A stretch of DNA of 64,000 nt from Jiulongibacter sp. (lineage in GTDB: Bacteria; Bacteroidota; Bacteroidia; Cytophagales; Spirosomataceae). This document shows positions 28,239-37,691 of the stretch, piece by piece. The stretch lies in contig JAHEBN010000004.1 in NCBI GenBank assembly GCA_024645245.1, forward strand, positions 5,184-69,183, written 5' to 3'. Under the pieces are notes generated by a model that was given only the letters and a program-made list of their open reading frames with translations, was not told the origin of the DNA and made no database searches. The position numbers and the translations under genes are program-made. Every line of letters begins with the position of its first letter. The stretch's first letter is position 1.

Positions 28239-29723
28239 ATGCTGTTATTAGGCTTAGACATCGGAACATCCTCCATCAAAGCAACTGTAGTAGATTCGAA
28301 TACAAAAAAAGTAGTTGTTTCGGCACAATACCCCGATAAAGAGTCGCCCATATCTGCTCCAAAGCCGGGTTGGGCCGAGCAGGATCCCGAAATGTGGTGG
28401 GAAAACACCAAAATGGCTTTGAAGAAAATTATTCAGGGTGGGGAAGTGGCAGCAAAAGACATCAAGTCAATTGGTATTTCGTATCAAATGCATGGCTTGG
28501 TGATGGTGGATAAAAATAAAAAAGTTTTAAGGCCATCAATTATTTGGTGCGACAGCCGTGCAGTGGAAATAGGGGATAAAGCATTTAAGGCAATCGGCGA
28601 GGAAAAAGCCCTAAGTCACTTATTGAACTCACCGGGCAATTTTACTGCTTCTAAATTAGCATGGGTAAAAGAAAATCAACCCGAAATTTTTGAGCAATGT
28701 TTTAAAATAATGCTTCCGGGTGATTTTATTGCCATGAAGTTAACCGGCGAAATATCAACTTCTAATTCCGGCCTTTCCGAAGGTATTTTCTGGGATTTTT
28801 GTGATAATCAGGTTTCAGATGATGTGATGAATTATTACGGTTTCAGTAAGGCCTTAATACCCGAAATAAAACCTGTTTTTGCCAATCACGGCGAAGTGAC
28901 GAGGGCCATTATGGGTGAAATCGGTATTCCATCTGGTATTCCGGTTAGTTATAAAGCGGGCGATCAACCCAATAATGCACTTTCTTTAAATGTATTGAAT
29001 CCCGGTGAAATAGCAGCTACTGCCGGCACTTCTGGTGTGGTTTATGCGGTTTCCGATCAGGTTTCTTACGACCCTAAATCGCGAATTAATTCTTTCGCTC
29101 ACGTAAATCATCAATTGGATAATCAGACCCGTATCGGGATACTTCTATGCATCAATGGTACCGGAATCATGAATAGCTGGGTGAAACACCAGATTGCCAA
29201 AGGAGCCGATTACCCCGAAATGAACGCCGCTGCGGCAAAAGTAAAAGTGGGTAGTGATGGACTTAGTATTCTGCCATTTGGAAACGGTGCGGAGCGAATG
29301 CTCGAAAACAAACTTATAGGTGCCCAGATTTGTAACCTCGATTTGAATCAACATACTTCTTGGCATATTTACCGGGCTTCTCAAGAAGGTATTGCCTTTT
29401 CCTTAAAGTATGGTTTTGATATGATGCAGGCCAATGGAGTTGATCCTAAAGTAATTCGAGCAGGTAAAGCCAATATGTTTTTATCTGATGTTTTTGCTAC
29501 AACTTTGGTGAATGTCACTCAAACGCCCGTAGAATTATACGATACCGATGGAGCCAAAGGTGCGGCATTAGGTGGTGGATTTGGTGCGGGTATTTATGAT
29601 TCTTTGGCTCAAGCTATGAATGGACTGACTCTATTGAAAACCATCGAGCCCGATACTAATTCTATAGATCAATATCAAAATGCCTATCAAAATTGGACTA
29701 AAATTTTAGAAAAGTTTAAGTAA
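28239..29723 (+). CDS. xylB: FGGY-family carbohydrate kinase, xylulokinase-like
   Basis: LLGLDIGTSSIKATVVD, GWAEQDPEMWW, QMHGLV and the C-terminal GAALGGG fit the FGGY fold and xylulokinase pattern. No xylA is adjacent. Confidence 0.8.
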   Translation: MLLLGLDIGTSSIKATVVDSNTKKVVVSAQYPDKESPISAPKPGWAEQDPEMWWENTKMALKKIIQGGEVAAKDIKSIGISYQMHGLVMVDKNKKVLRPSIIWCDSRAVEIGDKAFKAIGEEKALSHLLNSPGNFTASKLAWVKENQPEIFEQCFKIMLPGDFIAMKLTGEISTSNSGLSEGIFWDFCDNQVSDDVMNYYGFSKALIPEIKPVFANHGEVTRAIMGEIGIPSGIPVSYKAGDQPNNALSLNVLNPGEIAATAGTSGVVYAVSDQVSYDPKSRINSFAHVNHQLDNQTRIGILLCINGTGIMNSWVKHQIAKGADYPEMNAAAAKVKVGSDGLSILPFGNGAERMLENKLIGAQICNLDLNQHTSWHIYRASQEGIAFSLKYGFDMMQANGVDPKVIRAGKANMFLSDVFATTLVNVTQTPVELYDTDGAKGAALGGGFGAGIYDSLAQAMNGLTLLKTIEPDTNSIDQYQNAYQNWTKILEKFK

Positions 29724-29872
29724 GATATAAATCAGTTTTAGGTGTTATTGAGGTAAATACTTTGCTATTTTCCTGAAGACTGCCCCCTGAAATAAGTAAA
29801 ATCTTAATGCACCATCGTAATAAATTCTGATTACGATCAATAAACCTTACTTTTGCAGGGTAAAACAACAAT

Positions 29873-30286
29873 ATGGATATTTTTGTAAGTAGTATTCCTT
29901 TTAAATTAAAGGACAATGGCCTTAAAGAACTTTTTGAGCCATATGGTAAGGTAAATGAAGCTAAAGTAATTATTGATAAAAGAACCCGATTAAGTAAAGG
30001 TTTTGGTTTTGTATCGATGCCAGATGAAACGGAGGCAAAAGCGGCGATAAAGAAATTGAATGGTTCGGTATTTATGGAAAGAACTTTGGTGGTAAGTGAA
30101 TCCGAGAAAAAAGAAATTTCAAAAACAGTTCGAACAAATTACAATCCGTTTTTGGCCAAAAAGAAACAAAAGACCCCCTGGTTGGCCGGTGCAAATGCCA
30201 AATTATTTATAGATGAGGTAAACTCTGATAAACCGGGAAAAACCCGTAAAAAGAGAAGAGGTACGGGTAGGGGCACCACATACTAG
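29873..30286 (+). CDS. RRM-domain RNA-binding protein with basic C-terminal tail
   Basis: It has RNP-2 IFVSSIP, RNP-1 KGFGFVSM, and the tail KPGKTRKKRRGTGRGTTY. Confidence 0.85.
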   Translation: MDIFVSSIPFKLKDNGLKELFEPYGKVNEAKVIIDKRTRLSKGFGFVSMPDETEAKAAIKKLNGSVFMERTLVVSESEKKEISKTVRTNYNPFLAKKKQKTPWLAGANAKLFIDEVNSDKPGKTRKKRRGTGRGTTY

Positions 30287-30298
30287 CAGGTAGTTTAT

Positions 30299-31543
30299 AT
30301 GAAATTTGAAGATTACCACATTTCCGCAGAAATAAAGAAAAGTCTGGCCAAACTGGATTTTAAAAAGCCGACTGATATCCAATACAAGGCCATTCCACCT
30401 ATTTTAAAGGGCGAAGATGTGCTTGCAATTGCTCAAACAGGCACCGGAAAGACAGCAGCGTTTGTCATTCCTATTCTTCATCTCTTAAATGAACAGAAAA
30501 AAAACAGAAAAAGACCCGGTATAAAATGTGTGGTGATGGCACCTACACACGAGTTGGCTATTCAGATTAACGGGGTATTTCAGGAAATCGGGAAATTTTC
30601 TAGAATTAAGACACTTGCACTTTTTGGAGGAACAGATCAGGCACCACAAATCGAAAAGCTTTCAGCGGGTATTGATGTATTGGTAGCAACTCCCGGCCGA
30701 CTTTTCGACTTGAGAAGTCAGGGGCATATAGATTTACATGCTGTCGAAATTTTGGTGCTCGATGAAGCAGATCACATGCTCGATTTGGGCTTTATTAAAG
30801 ATATCGAAGACCTGATACGGTATTTACCCAGAAAAAGGCAAACCCTCTTTTTCTCTGCAACACTCAACGAGAAAATTAAAAAGCTGGCTTATTCGCTGGT
30901 TCACAATGCCATTCGAATTCAGGTTTCGCCCAAAGACCCGGTTTCTAAAAATATTCTTCATTCCCTGCTTTTTGTAGAAATGGACGATAAACGATTTTTT
31001 CTGGAAAGAATAATAGGAGAGAATGCAGATAAGAAAATGATTGTTTTTGTGCGAACTAAAGTGCGTGCAGAACGTGTGATGGCAGCCATGCAACGGGTTA
31101 ATATTAAAACAGTTACCATTCACAGTGGGAAAGATCACCAGGAAAGAGCCGCGGTAATGAAGAAATTCAGAGCAGGTGAAGAAATGATATTGATCGCTAC
31201 AGATGTAAGTGCAAGAGGGATTGATTTGCCTGATGTGGATCTGGTTATAAATTATGATTTACCGGATGTTGCCGAAAACTATGTTCACCGAATCGGTAGA
31301 ACTGGGCGGGGAATGTCTAAAGGCCAGGCACTTTCTTTTTGCAGTACCGAGGAGAAAGGCATGTTGACTGAAATCGAAAACTATATGGGTAAAACTATTG
31401 AAGTAATAGAGCTTGGTAGAGAACTGTATCAGGAAACACTCGATTTTACCAAAAATGAAAACAATACTACCTGGCGTGATATACAAAAGGAGCTGGATAT
31501 GGCCGAAGCAGAATTGAAAAAGAAAAGAAAGAAGAAGAAATAG
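30299..31543 (+). CDS. DEAD-box ATP-dependent RNA helicase (RhlE-like)
   Basis: It has a Q-motif, AQTGTGKT, PTHELA, VLDEADHMLD, SAT, HRIGRTGR and a Lys-rich C-terminus. Confidence 0.95.
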   Translation: MKFEDYHISAEIKKSLAKLDFKKPTDIQYKAIPPILKGEDVLAIAQTGTGKTAAFVIPILHLLNEQKKNRKRPGIKCVVMAPTHELAIQINGVFQEIGKFSRIKTLALFGGTDQAPQIEKLSAGIDVLVATPGRLFDLRSQGHIDLHAVEILVLDEADHMLDLGFIKDIEDLIRYLPRKRQTLFFSATLNEKIKKLAYSLVHNAIRIQVSPKDPVSKNILHSLLFVEMDDKRFFLERIIGENADKKMIVFVRTKVRAERVMAAMQRVNIKTVTIHSGKDHQERAAVMKKFRAGEEMILIATDVSARGIDLPDVDLVINYDLPDVAENYVHRIGRTGRGMSKGQALSFCSTEEKGMLTEIENYMGKTIEVIELGRELYQETLDFTKNENNTTWRDIQKELDMAEAELKKKRKKKK

Positions 31544-31611
31544 ATTTTTGTTTTTACATATGAACAAATTAAGATTACAACTGGTTAAATAGAAATAATA
31601 ATAAAAAATAT

Positions 31612-32112
31612 ATGGCACAAATAAAACTCAAAGGAAACCCCATTCATACAATTGGTGAATTACCCGAAATCGGTTCTGAAGCAGCTGATTTTGAATTAGT
31701 TAGAAATAACTTTTCGAAAGCTACATTGGCAGATTTTAAAGGTTCCCGGATAATTCTTAACATCTTCCCAAGTTTGGATACAAGTACCTGTGCTAATTCA
31801 GTGCGTCAATTTAATAAAATGGCTTCGAATCTTGAAAATACTAAGGTATTATGTATTTCACGTGATTTGCCCTTTGCTCAATCACGCTTTTGCGGAGCCG
31901 AAGGTATTTCAAATGTGGAAACCTTATCAGATTTTAAAACCGGTAATTTTGGTATAAATTATGGTTTGCAATTAGTCGATGGTCCTCTGAGCGGCCTTAA
32001 CTCCCGTTCCGTTATCATAATTGATGAAAATGGAATTGTGACTTATACCCAACAAGTGGAAGAGACCAGTGAAGAACCTAATTACGATGAAGTATTGGCA
32101 AATTTAGATTAG
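31612..32112 (+). CDS. tpx: thiol peroxidase (atypical 2-Cys peroxiredoxin)
   Basis: 166 aa. Motifs: FPSLDTSTCANS, DLPFAQSRFCGAEGI. Confidence 0.9.
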   Translation: MAQIKLKGNPIHTIGELPEIGSEAADFELVRNNFSKATLADFKGSRIILNIFPSLDTSTCANSVRQFNKMASNLENTKVLCISRDLPFAQSRFCGAEGISNVETLSDFKTGNFGINYGLQLVDGPLSGLNSRSVIIIDENGIVTYTQQVEETSEEPNYDEVLANLD

Positions 32113-32135
32113 TCATTGCGAATTTTACCGTATTA

Positions 32136-32170
32136 AAAGCAGGCAAAATATAGCCTGCTTTATTTATTTG
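32136..32170 (+). terminator. rho-independent terminator after tpx
   Basis: A 9-bp stem (aaagcaggc / gcctgcttt) with an 8-nt loop is followed by the T-rich sequence atttatttg. Confidence 0.6.
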
Positions 32171-32271
32171 GTTAGAAGTTAAATTTGATTGCTATAAATC
32201 CGTTTTTTCAATCATTTTATTCTTGACAAAATAAAAAAGTTATCTTTGCCACGCTATTAACCAAAGAAAAA

Positions 32272-32616
32272 ATGAAACTGCCCGATTTTTTAGCAAAACT
32301 GGAAGAAAACCCAATGGAAATTGCCTTCTTCGAAACCATTGATACCATAGATACTTATTATAAGTTTGAGCCAATCACTTTCAAGAATGGTGATATGGAA
32401 AATGAGGCAGGACAGAATAATGGATCTTGCAAAATAATTGCTTTTGCTAAAATGCACGATTTATCTAAAGAGGCAACATTGGCTTGTTTCGGAACATACT
32501 ACCGCAACGATGTTCTTAAAAATCCGGATGGCGACGATCACCAGAATATCCGCAATTTTATGAAATACGGATGGGAAGGAATTGAATTTGAAGCTAAAGC
32601 CCTTTCTCCCAAATAA
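32272..32616 (+). CDS. HopJ type III effector family protein homolog
   Basis: 114 aa. F..TIDTIDTYY.F.PI.F.NG...N.AGQNNGSCKI..FA and ..YGWEGIEF match my memory of the HopJ family. Confidence 0.7.
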   Translation: MKLPDFLAKLEENPMEIAFFETIDTIDTYYKFEPITFKNGDMENEAGQNNGSCKIIAFAKMHDLSKEATLACFGTYYRNDVLKNPDGDDHQNIRNFMKYGWEGIEFEAKALSPK

Positions 32617-32623
32617 ACATACC

Positions 32624-34804
32624 TTAGTCTGCTTTTATTATTTTTACCAGGGTATTTTTAAAAGCCGGAGTTTTACTTCGGGGATCTAAATCTGAATTCA
32701 CCAACACGTTTGTTTCAGGATAATAGCCCAAAACGCAGCCTCGTGCAATATTGAAAGGGTAAACCTCGTAATTATTCAGCTTCCCGGAATAACTACTTAT
32801 GCTTATTTTCTGACCAGGAGAAAGCTTATTTTCCTGCATATCGTGTTCATTCATTAAGATAACTTCTCTGTGTTTTACACCTCTCCAGGCATCGTCTTCG
32901 TCGTAAACTATGGAATTGAACTGTCCTTCACTGCGAACCGACATCAGCTTAAAACTGCCTTTTTCCGGTTTACCTACAGCGTTAATTTTGTGAAATTTGA
33001 AAATGCCTTTACCTGAAGGAGTTGGGAAAAAAGGAGTATGAAATGTGCGACCTTTAATTTGAAACTCTTCTTCAGTTGAATTTATTTCGGCCAGTTTTTC
33101 AAAACCGGGAATTACCTGGGATATGGCTTTTCGTATGGAATCGTGATTTTTAAACGTTTTAAAGTCAAGTATTTGCTTGTCAACAACCTGACCCGCTATT
33201 TCTGCAATTATTTCGACTTCTCCTTTCGCATTCGCTAATCGATTTATTCCTCCATCACTCAATCTTACAAAATTGAACATGGACTCCTGAGTAGTTCTTT
33301 GTTTTTCCTCATCTCTTACCAATACCGGAAGAATCAGGCATTCCTGATCCACACCTTTCAAATGACCTTCATTTAATGTGGTACTTAAAAAAACTTTAAA
33401 AGGGATATTATTCAGAGCTTTTTCTGCAAAATTCAGGTTTGGATTGGAGCCATACAGATTCCCACCCAGGATAAAAGCTAAATCTACTTTGTCATCGTAT
33501 GCCATACGCATGCATTCCATGGTATCCCATCCGGGTTTTTCCGGCAACATTATTTTCAGTTCTTTTTGAATATTATCAAAAATTTGCTGTTTAAGAACCG
33601 GTGTAACGCCCACAGAGCCAATTCCTTGTACATTTGAATGTCCCCGGAGTGGCAATAATCCGGCATTCTTTCTTCCAATCATTCCTCTCAACATTGCCAA
33701 AGCTACAATGGCCTCTACATTTTCTACGCCATGCTTATGGTGTGTAATACCCATTGCCCAGGTAAATACTACATTTTGTGCTTTATAATAAGTTTTTGCA
33801 GCAATCTCAATTTCAGCCTTTTCAACACCAGATGCCTCAACGACCAATTCCCAGCTCAGGTTTCCTATTTTTTCGAAAAATTCATTCTGGTTTTGACAAT
33901 GATTTTGAATAAATACCTGATCGGTTAAATTATTTTCAATCAGGTATTTAGCGATTCCATAGATTAAAGCTATGTCGCCTCCAATTGTAGGTTGTAAATA
34001 TTGGGATGCAATTTCGGAACCCGAACTCAGGAAAGAACGGACATCAGAAGGAATAGCAAATTTCACCAGCCCTGGCTCTTTAGCCGGGTTGATAACGATT
34101 ACTTTTCCGCCCCTTCGCCTGCACTGCAATAGTTCGGTAACAAATCTGGGGTGATTAGAAGCGGGATTTGCACCTATGACAAAAATTAAATCCGTTTGTT
34201 TTAAATCTTCTAACTGAATAGTAGCCGTACCTGTACCCAAAGTCGCTCCCATGCCTACTCCACTTGCCTGATGGCAATAATAGGAGCAGTTGTTTACATT
34301 ATTGGTGCCGTATATTCGGGCGAACAGGTGTAATAAAAATGCTGCCTCGTTACTACTTCTGCCGGAGCTATAGAAAAATGCCCTCTCCGGATCTGTTTCC
34401 TTAAAACGCTTGCTAATTTTGAAGAACGCTTCTTCCCAACTTATTACTTTATATTTCGTTTCGTTTTTTTCTTTAAATACAGGATCAGCTAATCTACCTG
34501 CCCGCTCCAATTCCCGGGGTCTCCATTTCAGTAGATCGGGAATAGAATTAAGTTTCCAAAAATCACTTGCAATAGGCTCTTGTAAATCAGTTAATTGTGC
34601 CTGTAAACTTTTTTTGCAAATTTCAATTTTATCGCCAGCCTCATTTACCATTCCCCCTTTTTGCCCGCCCATTCCATAAGCACAGGTTTTACAGGTGTTT
34701 TTCGAAGTCAATGTACGAGTGAAATTACCCAAACCTACCTCCTTCATAACATGAAGTGAGTAAAAGACGGATTTCCAGCCACCGATATATGTTGGTGTTT
34801 TCAT
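32624..34804 (-). CDS. FdhF/YdeP-family molybdopterin oxidoreductase
   Basis: 726 aa. The N-terminal Cys cluster context (NTCKTCAYGMGGQKGG..ICKKS) and the MopB-type domain order fit the family. Confidence 0.82.
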   Translation of the reverse strand: MKTPTYIGGWKSVFYSLHVMKEVGLGNFTRTLTSKNTCKTCAYGMGGQKGGMVNEAGDKIEICKKSLQAQLTDLQEPIASDFWKLNSIPDLLKWRPRELERAGRLADPVFKEKNETKYKVISWEEAFFKISKRFKETDPERAFFYSSGRSSNEAAFLLHLFARIYGTNNVNNCSYYCHQASGVGMGATLGTGTATIQLEDLKQTDLIFVIGANPASNHPRFVTELLQCRRRGGKVIVINPAKEPGLVKFAIPSDVRSFLSSGSEIASQYLQPTIGGDIALIYGIAKYLIENNLTDQVFIQNHCQNQNEFFEKIGNLSWELVVEASGVEKAEIEIAAKTYYKAQNVVFTWAMGITHHKHGVENVEAIVALAMLRGMIGRKNAGLLPLRGHSNVQGIGSVGVTPVLKQQIFDNIQKELKIMLPEKPGWDTMECMRMAYDDKVDLAFILGGNLYGSNPNLNFAEKALNNIPFKVFLSTTLNEGHLKGVDQECLILPVLVRDEEKQRTTQESMFNFVRLSDGGINRLANAKGEVEIIAEIAGQVVDKQILDFKTFKNHDSIRKAISQVIPGFEKLAEINSTEEEFQIKGRTFHTPFFPTPSGKGIFKFHKINAVGKPEKGSFKLMSVRSEGQFNSIVYDEDDAWRGVKHREVILMNEHDMQENKLSPGQKISISSYSGKLNNYEVYPFNIARGCVLGYYPETNVLVNSDLDPRSKTPAFKNTLVKIIKAD

Positions 34805-34878
34805 TATTTACAGCTTTGCAGCCTACAATTTAGTTAAAAATAAGAATTTATGTAGCTTTAGGAAAAAAGGAAATTTCT

Positions 34879-35688
34879 ATGTGTTATGATGTTCAGGCAC
34901 TTACCAAGAAAATTGTAAAATACGCGGAAAGTAGGGGAGCAACTGCCGAAGATTTAGCCATTTTATTGGAGGAGTTAGAAAAGCTAAAAGACAAGAAACC
35001 GATTTTTCACACCAATGGTTACGATCATGCAGAGCTTCCTGTTTTTACTCAGGCCCATCCTTTGCAAATTAATTTTTTTAAATGGGGGCTTATTCCCAAT
35101 ACTTACCGGGATGTACCATCTGCCAATCAAATCAGAGATAAAACACTGAATGCCAGGTCTGAAACAATATTTGAGTTACCTTCATTCAAAGAGTCCATAA
35201 CTTGTAGACGTTGTTTAATAATGGTGGATGGATTTTACGAACATCATCATAAGAACGGCAAAACCTATCCATTTTTTATTCGCAAAAAAGATGGCGACCC
35301 TCTATTTTTGGCTGGCATTTACGATCAGGCCAACATAGATGGTAAAATGGTAAATAGCTTTTCGATAGTCACAACCGCCGGAAATGAGCTAATGTCAAAA
35401 ATCCATAATAATCCGAACATGGCTGGGCCACGAATGCCTGTAATTTTGGATAAAGCAGATTTTGACCAATGGTTTAATGGAAAAGTAAATTCAAAACAAG
35501 ACAATGAAATCGCTGACTTGTTCCGATCTTATAACGATAAAAACCTGGAAGCATTTACTGTAAATAAAATCAGGGGTAAAGGGATTGACTCCAATTCTCT
35601 CCAAGCTTCCGAACCTTTTATATACAAAGAGTTGAAAAACGGAGTGGAATCGATAGGGCCAGAGCCCGAGCAATTAACGTTATTTTAG
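34879..35688 (+). CDS. SOS response-associated peptidase (SRAP/YedK family)
   Basis: It starts MCYDV (catalytic Cys2). Motifs: NARSETI, GFYEH, PRMPVIL. Confidence 0.82.
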   Translation: MCYDVQALTKKIVKYAESRGATAEDLAILLEELEKLKDKKPIFHTNGYDHAELPVFTQAHPLQINFFKWGLIPNTYRDVPSANQIRDKTLNARSETIFELPSFKESITCRRCLIMVDGFYEHHHKNGKTYPFFIRKKDGDPLFLAGIYDQANIDGKMVNSFSIVTTAGNELMSKIHNNPNMAGPRMPVILDKADFDQWFNGKVNSKQDNEIADLFRSYNDKNLEAFTVNKIRGKGIDSNSLQASEPFIYKELKNGVESIGPEPEQLTLF

Positions 35689-35689
35689 C

Positions 35690-37567
35690 CTATTCCCAAA
35701 TCGTATGATGAGAAGGCCCTTCCGGATCGTTCAAAAGCTTGTAAGTATGAGCACCAAAGAAATCCCGTTGAGCCTGAATGATATTTGCAGTGGGGAAATT
35801 ATAAATATGTGCGTTCAAATAATCTACAGCTGAAAGTAAACATGGCATACTAATTCCGGCCAAAATCCCTTCCGAACATACTTTTTGTAGATATTTCAGA
35901 TTTTCATCCATCTCTTCCTGGGGAATGTTTAGTAGGAAATTGATTCCATTTCTAAGTTGTACGGTAAGTGTTTCCATTAATTCCGAACGAATAATACAGC
36001 CATTTGTCCAGATTCTGGCCAGCTCGGATAGGTTGATTTCCCATTTATTTTCCTTTGAAAACTCATTTATCAGTTCAAATCCTTGCTGATGGTTCACTAA
36101 TCGAGCCAATCGGTAAGCTTCTCGGATTTGCTGGATAACAATACTTATTTTGGAAGTTTTTAAATTAAATTTTGTCTGATATTCCTTTCTTTTGGAATAA
36201 AACGACGAAATAAAACGGGCAAATAAAGCGGTAGAAATCAAAGTTGCCGGTATACCTATGGCAGCCATTGTTTCAGTCGTCCAACTTCCGGTTCCTTTGT
36301 TTCCGGCGGAATCAAGTATCTGGTCTATAAACCAAGTATTGTTTTCTTTTCTAAGGAGTAGTTTGTGAGTTATTTCTAAAAGGTAGCTGCTTAAACCCAT
36401 ATTTTCCCAAGAAACTAATTCTTCTGAAATTTCTTCGGGCGTATAATTTAATCCAAACCGCATCAATGCATAGACTTCTGCCAGTAATTGCATTTCGGCA
36501 TATTCTATACCATTATGTACCATTTTGACAAAATGCCCGGCACCTTCTTGTCCAATAAAAGTACAGCAAGGATTGCCATCTTTATCTTTTGCAGCAATGG
36601 CATTTAAGTAAGGTGAAATTAATGAATAGGCCAGTTTATCACCTCCCGGCATAATAGATGGGCCGTTTAGTGCACCCAACTCACCTCCAGAAACACCTGT
36701 ACCAATGAAATGAAGTCCTTTTGATTTTAAGTAATTGATACGCCTTGTTGTGTCGGAATAGTGGGAATTTCCACCATCAATAATAATATCTTCCTGAGCA
36801 AGCAATGGAATTAGCTCTTCAATAACCAGATCCACTGTTTTGCCGGCATTTACCATGAGGAATACCTTGCGTGGTTGATCCAGCATTTGCACAAAATCCG
36901 AAAGATTTTCATGGGCAGATGCATTCTCAAAAACTTCGAATTCATTTTTAAATTTTTGGGCTATAGCTTCTTCTTTTCCAGCCACAAATCGATTAAAAAG
37001 GGCTAATTTAAATCCTTTTCCGGCCAGGTTACGGGCCAGGCTTTTGCCCATTACACCTAAACCTATTAATCCAAATTCTTTCTTAAATTCCATATTTAAT
37101 AGTATAAAATCAATTATTTCTTCGGGAGTAAGATTGATATCAACCTGCAAACCGTAATTTGGAGCTTCCAATGATTCAAATTGACTATTTAAAAGGCCAG
37201 GAGGCATAAAATGATCAGTCCTTAATTCCATTCTATGCTCAATAGTATTGTAATTGCCATTAAGGAAAATCCAGGATGTTTCTTTAAGTCCATCAGAAAG
37301 GAGTGCACGGTATTTTTCTTTTAGTGCAGAGCAGCCTATAAGAATGGATTTATTTTTAGATTGGTTTTCCTTTGCCAATTGATTTAGATTACTGAGCCAT
37401 CTTTCCCGATCTTTGTCGTTTAATGGAATACCCATTGACATTTTTTCGATATTGGCTTTTGGATGAAAATCATCACCATCATAGAAAGGAAGAGTACAAA
37501 TATCGGAAAGTCTGCGACCCATGGTAGTTTTCCCACTACCCGAAACGCCCATTATAAAATAGATCAT
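35690..37567 (-). CDS. gnd: bifunctional gluconokinase / 6-phosphogluconate dehydrogenase (decarboxylating) fusion protein
   Basis: The start is the ATG at 37567. The N-terminal ~165 aa are colinear with E. coli GntK (IMGVSGSGKTT..YDGDDFHPKANIEKMSMGIPLNDKDRERWL..CSALKEKYR). The rest is 6PGDH (FGLIGLGVMGKSLARNL..IIDGGNSHY..GTGVSGGE..GAGHFVKMVHNGIEYAEMQ). Confidence 0.85.
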   Translation of the reverse strand: MIYFIMGVSGSGKTTMGRRLSDICTLPFYDGDDFHPKANIEKMSMGIPLNDKDRERWLSNLNQLAKENQSKNKSILIGCSALKEKYRALLSDGLKETSWIFLNGNYNTIEHRMELRTDHFMPPGLLNSQFESLEAPNYGLQVDINLTPEEIIDFILLNMEFKKEFGLIGLGVMGKSLARNLAGKGFKLALFNRFVAGKEEAIAQKFKNEFEVFENASAHENLSDFVQMLDQPRKVFLMVNAGKTVDLVIEELIPLLAQEDIIIDGGNSHYSDTTRRINYLKSKGLHFIGTGVSGGELGALNGPSIMPGGDKLAYSLISPYLNAIAAKDKDGNPCCTFIGQEGAGHFVKMVHNGIEYAEMQLLAEVYALMRFGLNYTPEEISEELVSWENMGLSSYLLEITHKLLLRKENNTWFIDQILDSAGNKGTGSWTTETMAAIGIPATLISTALFARFISSFYSKRKEYQTKFNLKTSKISIVIQQIREAYRLARLVNHQQGFELINEFSKENKWEINLSELARIWTNGCIIRSELMETLTVQLRNGINFLLNIPQEEMDENLKYLQKVCSEGILAGISMPCLLSAVDYLNAHIYNFPTANIIQAQRDFFGAHTYKLLNDPEGPSHHTIWE

Positions 37568-37691
37568 TGGTTGAAATTTGCCACAAAATAACAAAACATT
37601 AAGTATAGAGTTACGAAATATTTTAATTCACTTCATCAAATAGGATAAAAGAGCCTCGAAGTGTAATTTTGTAATCCAAATTGAGACTAAA

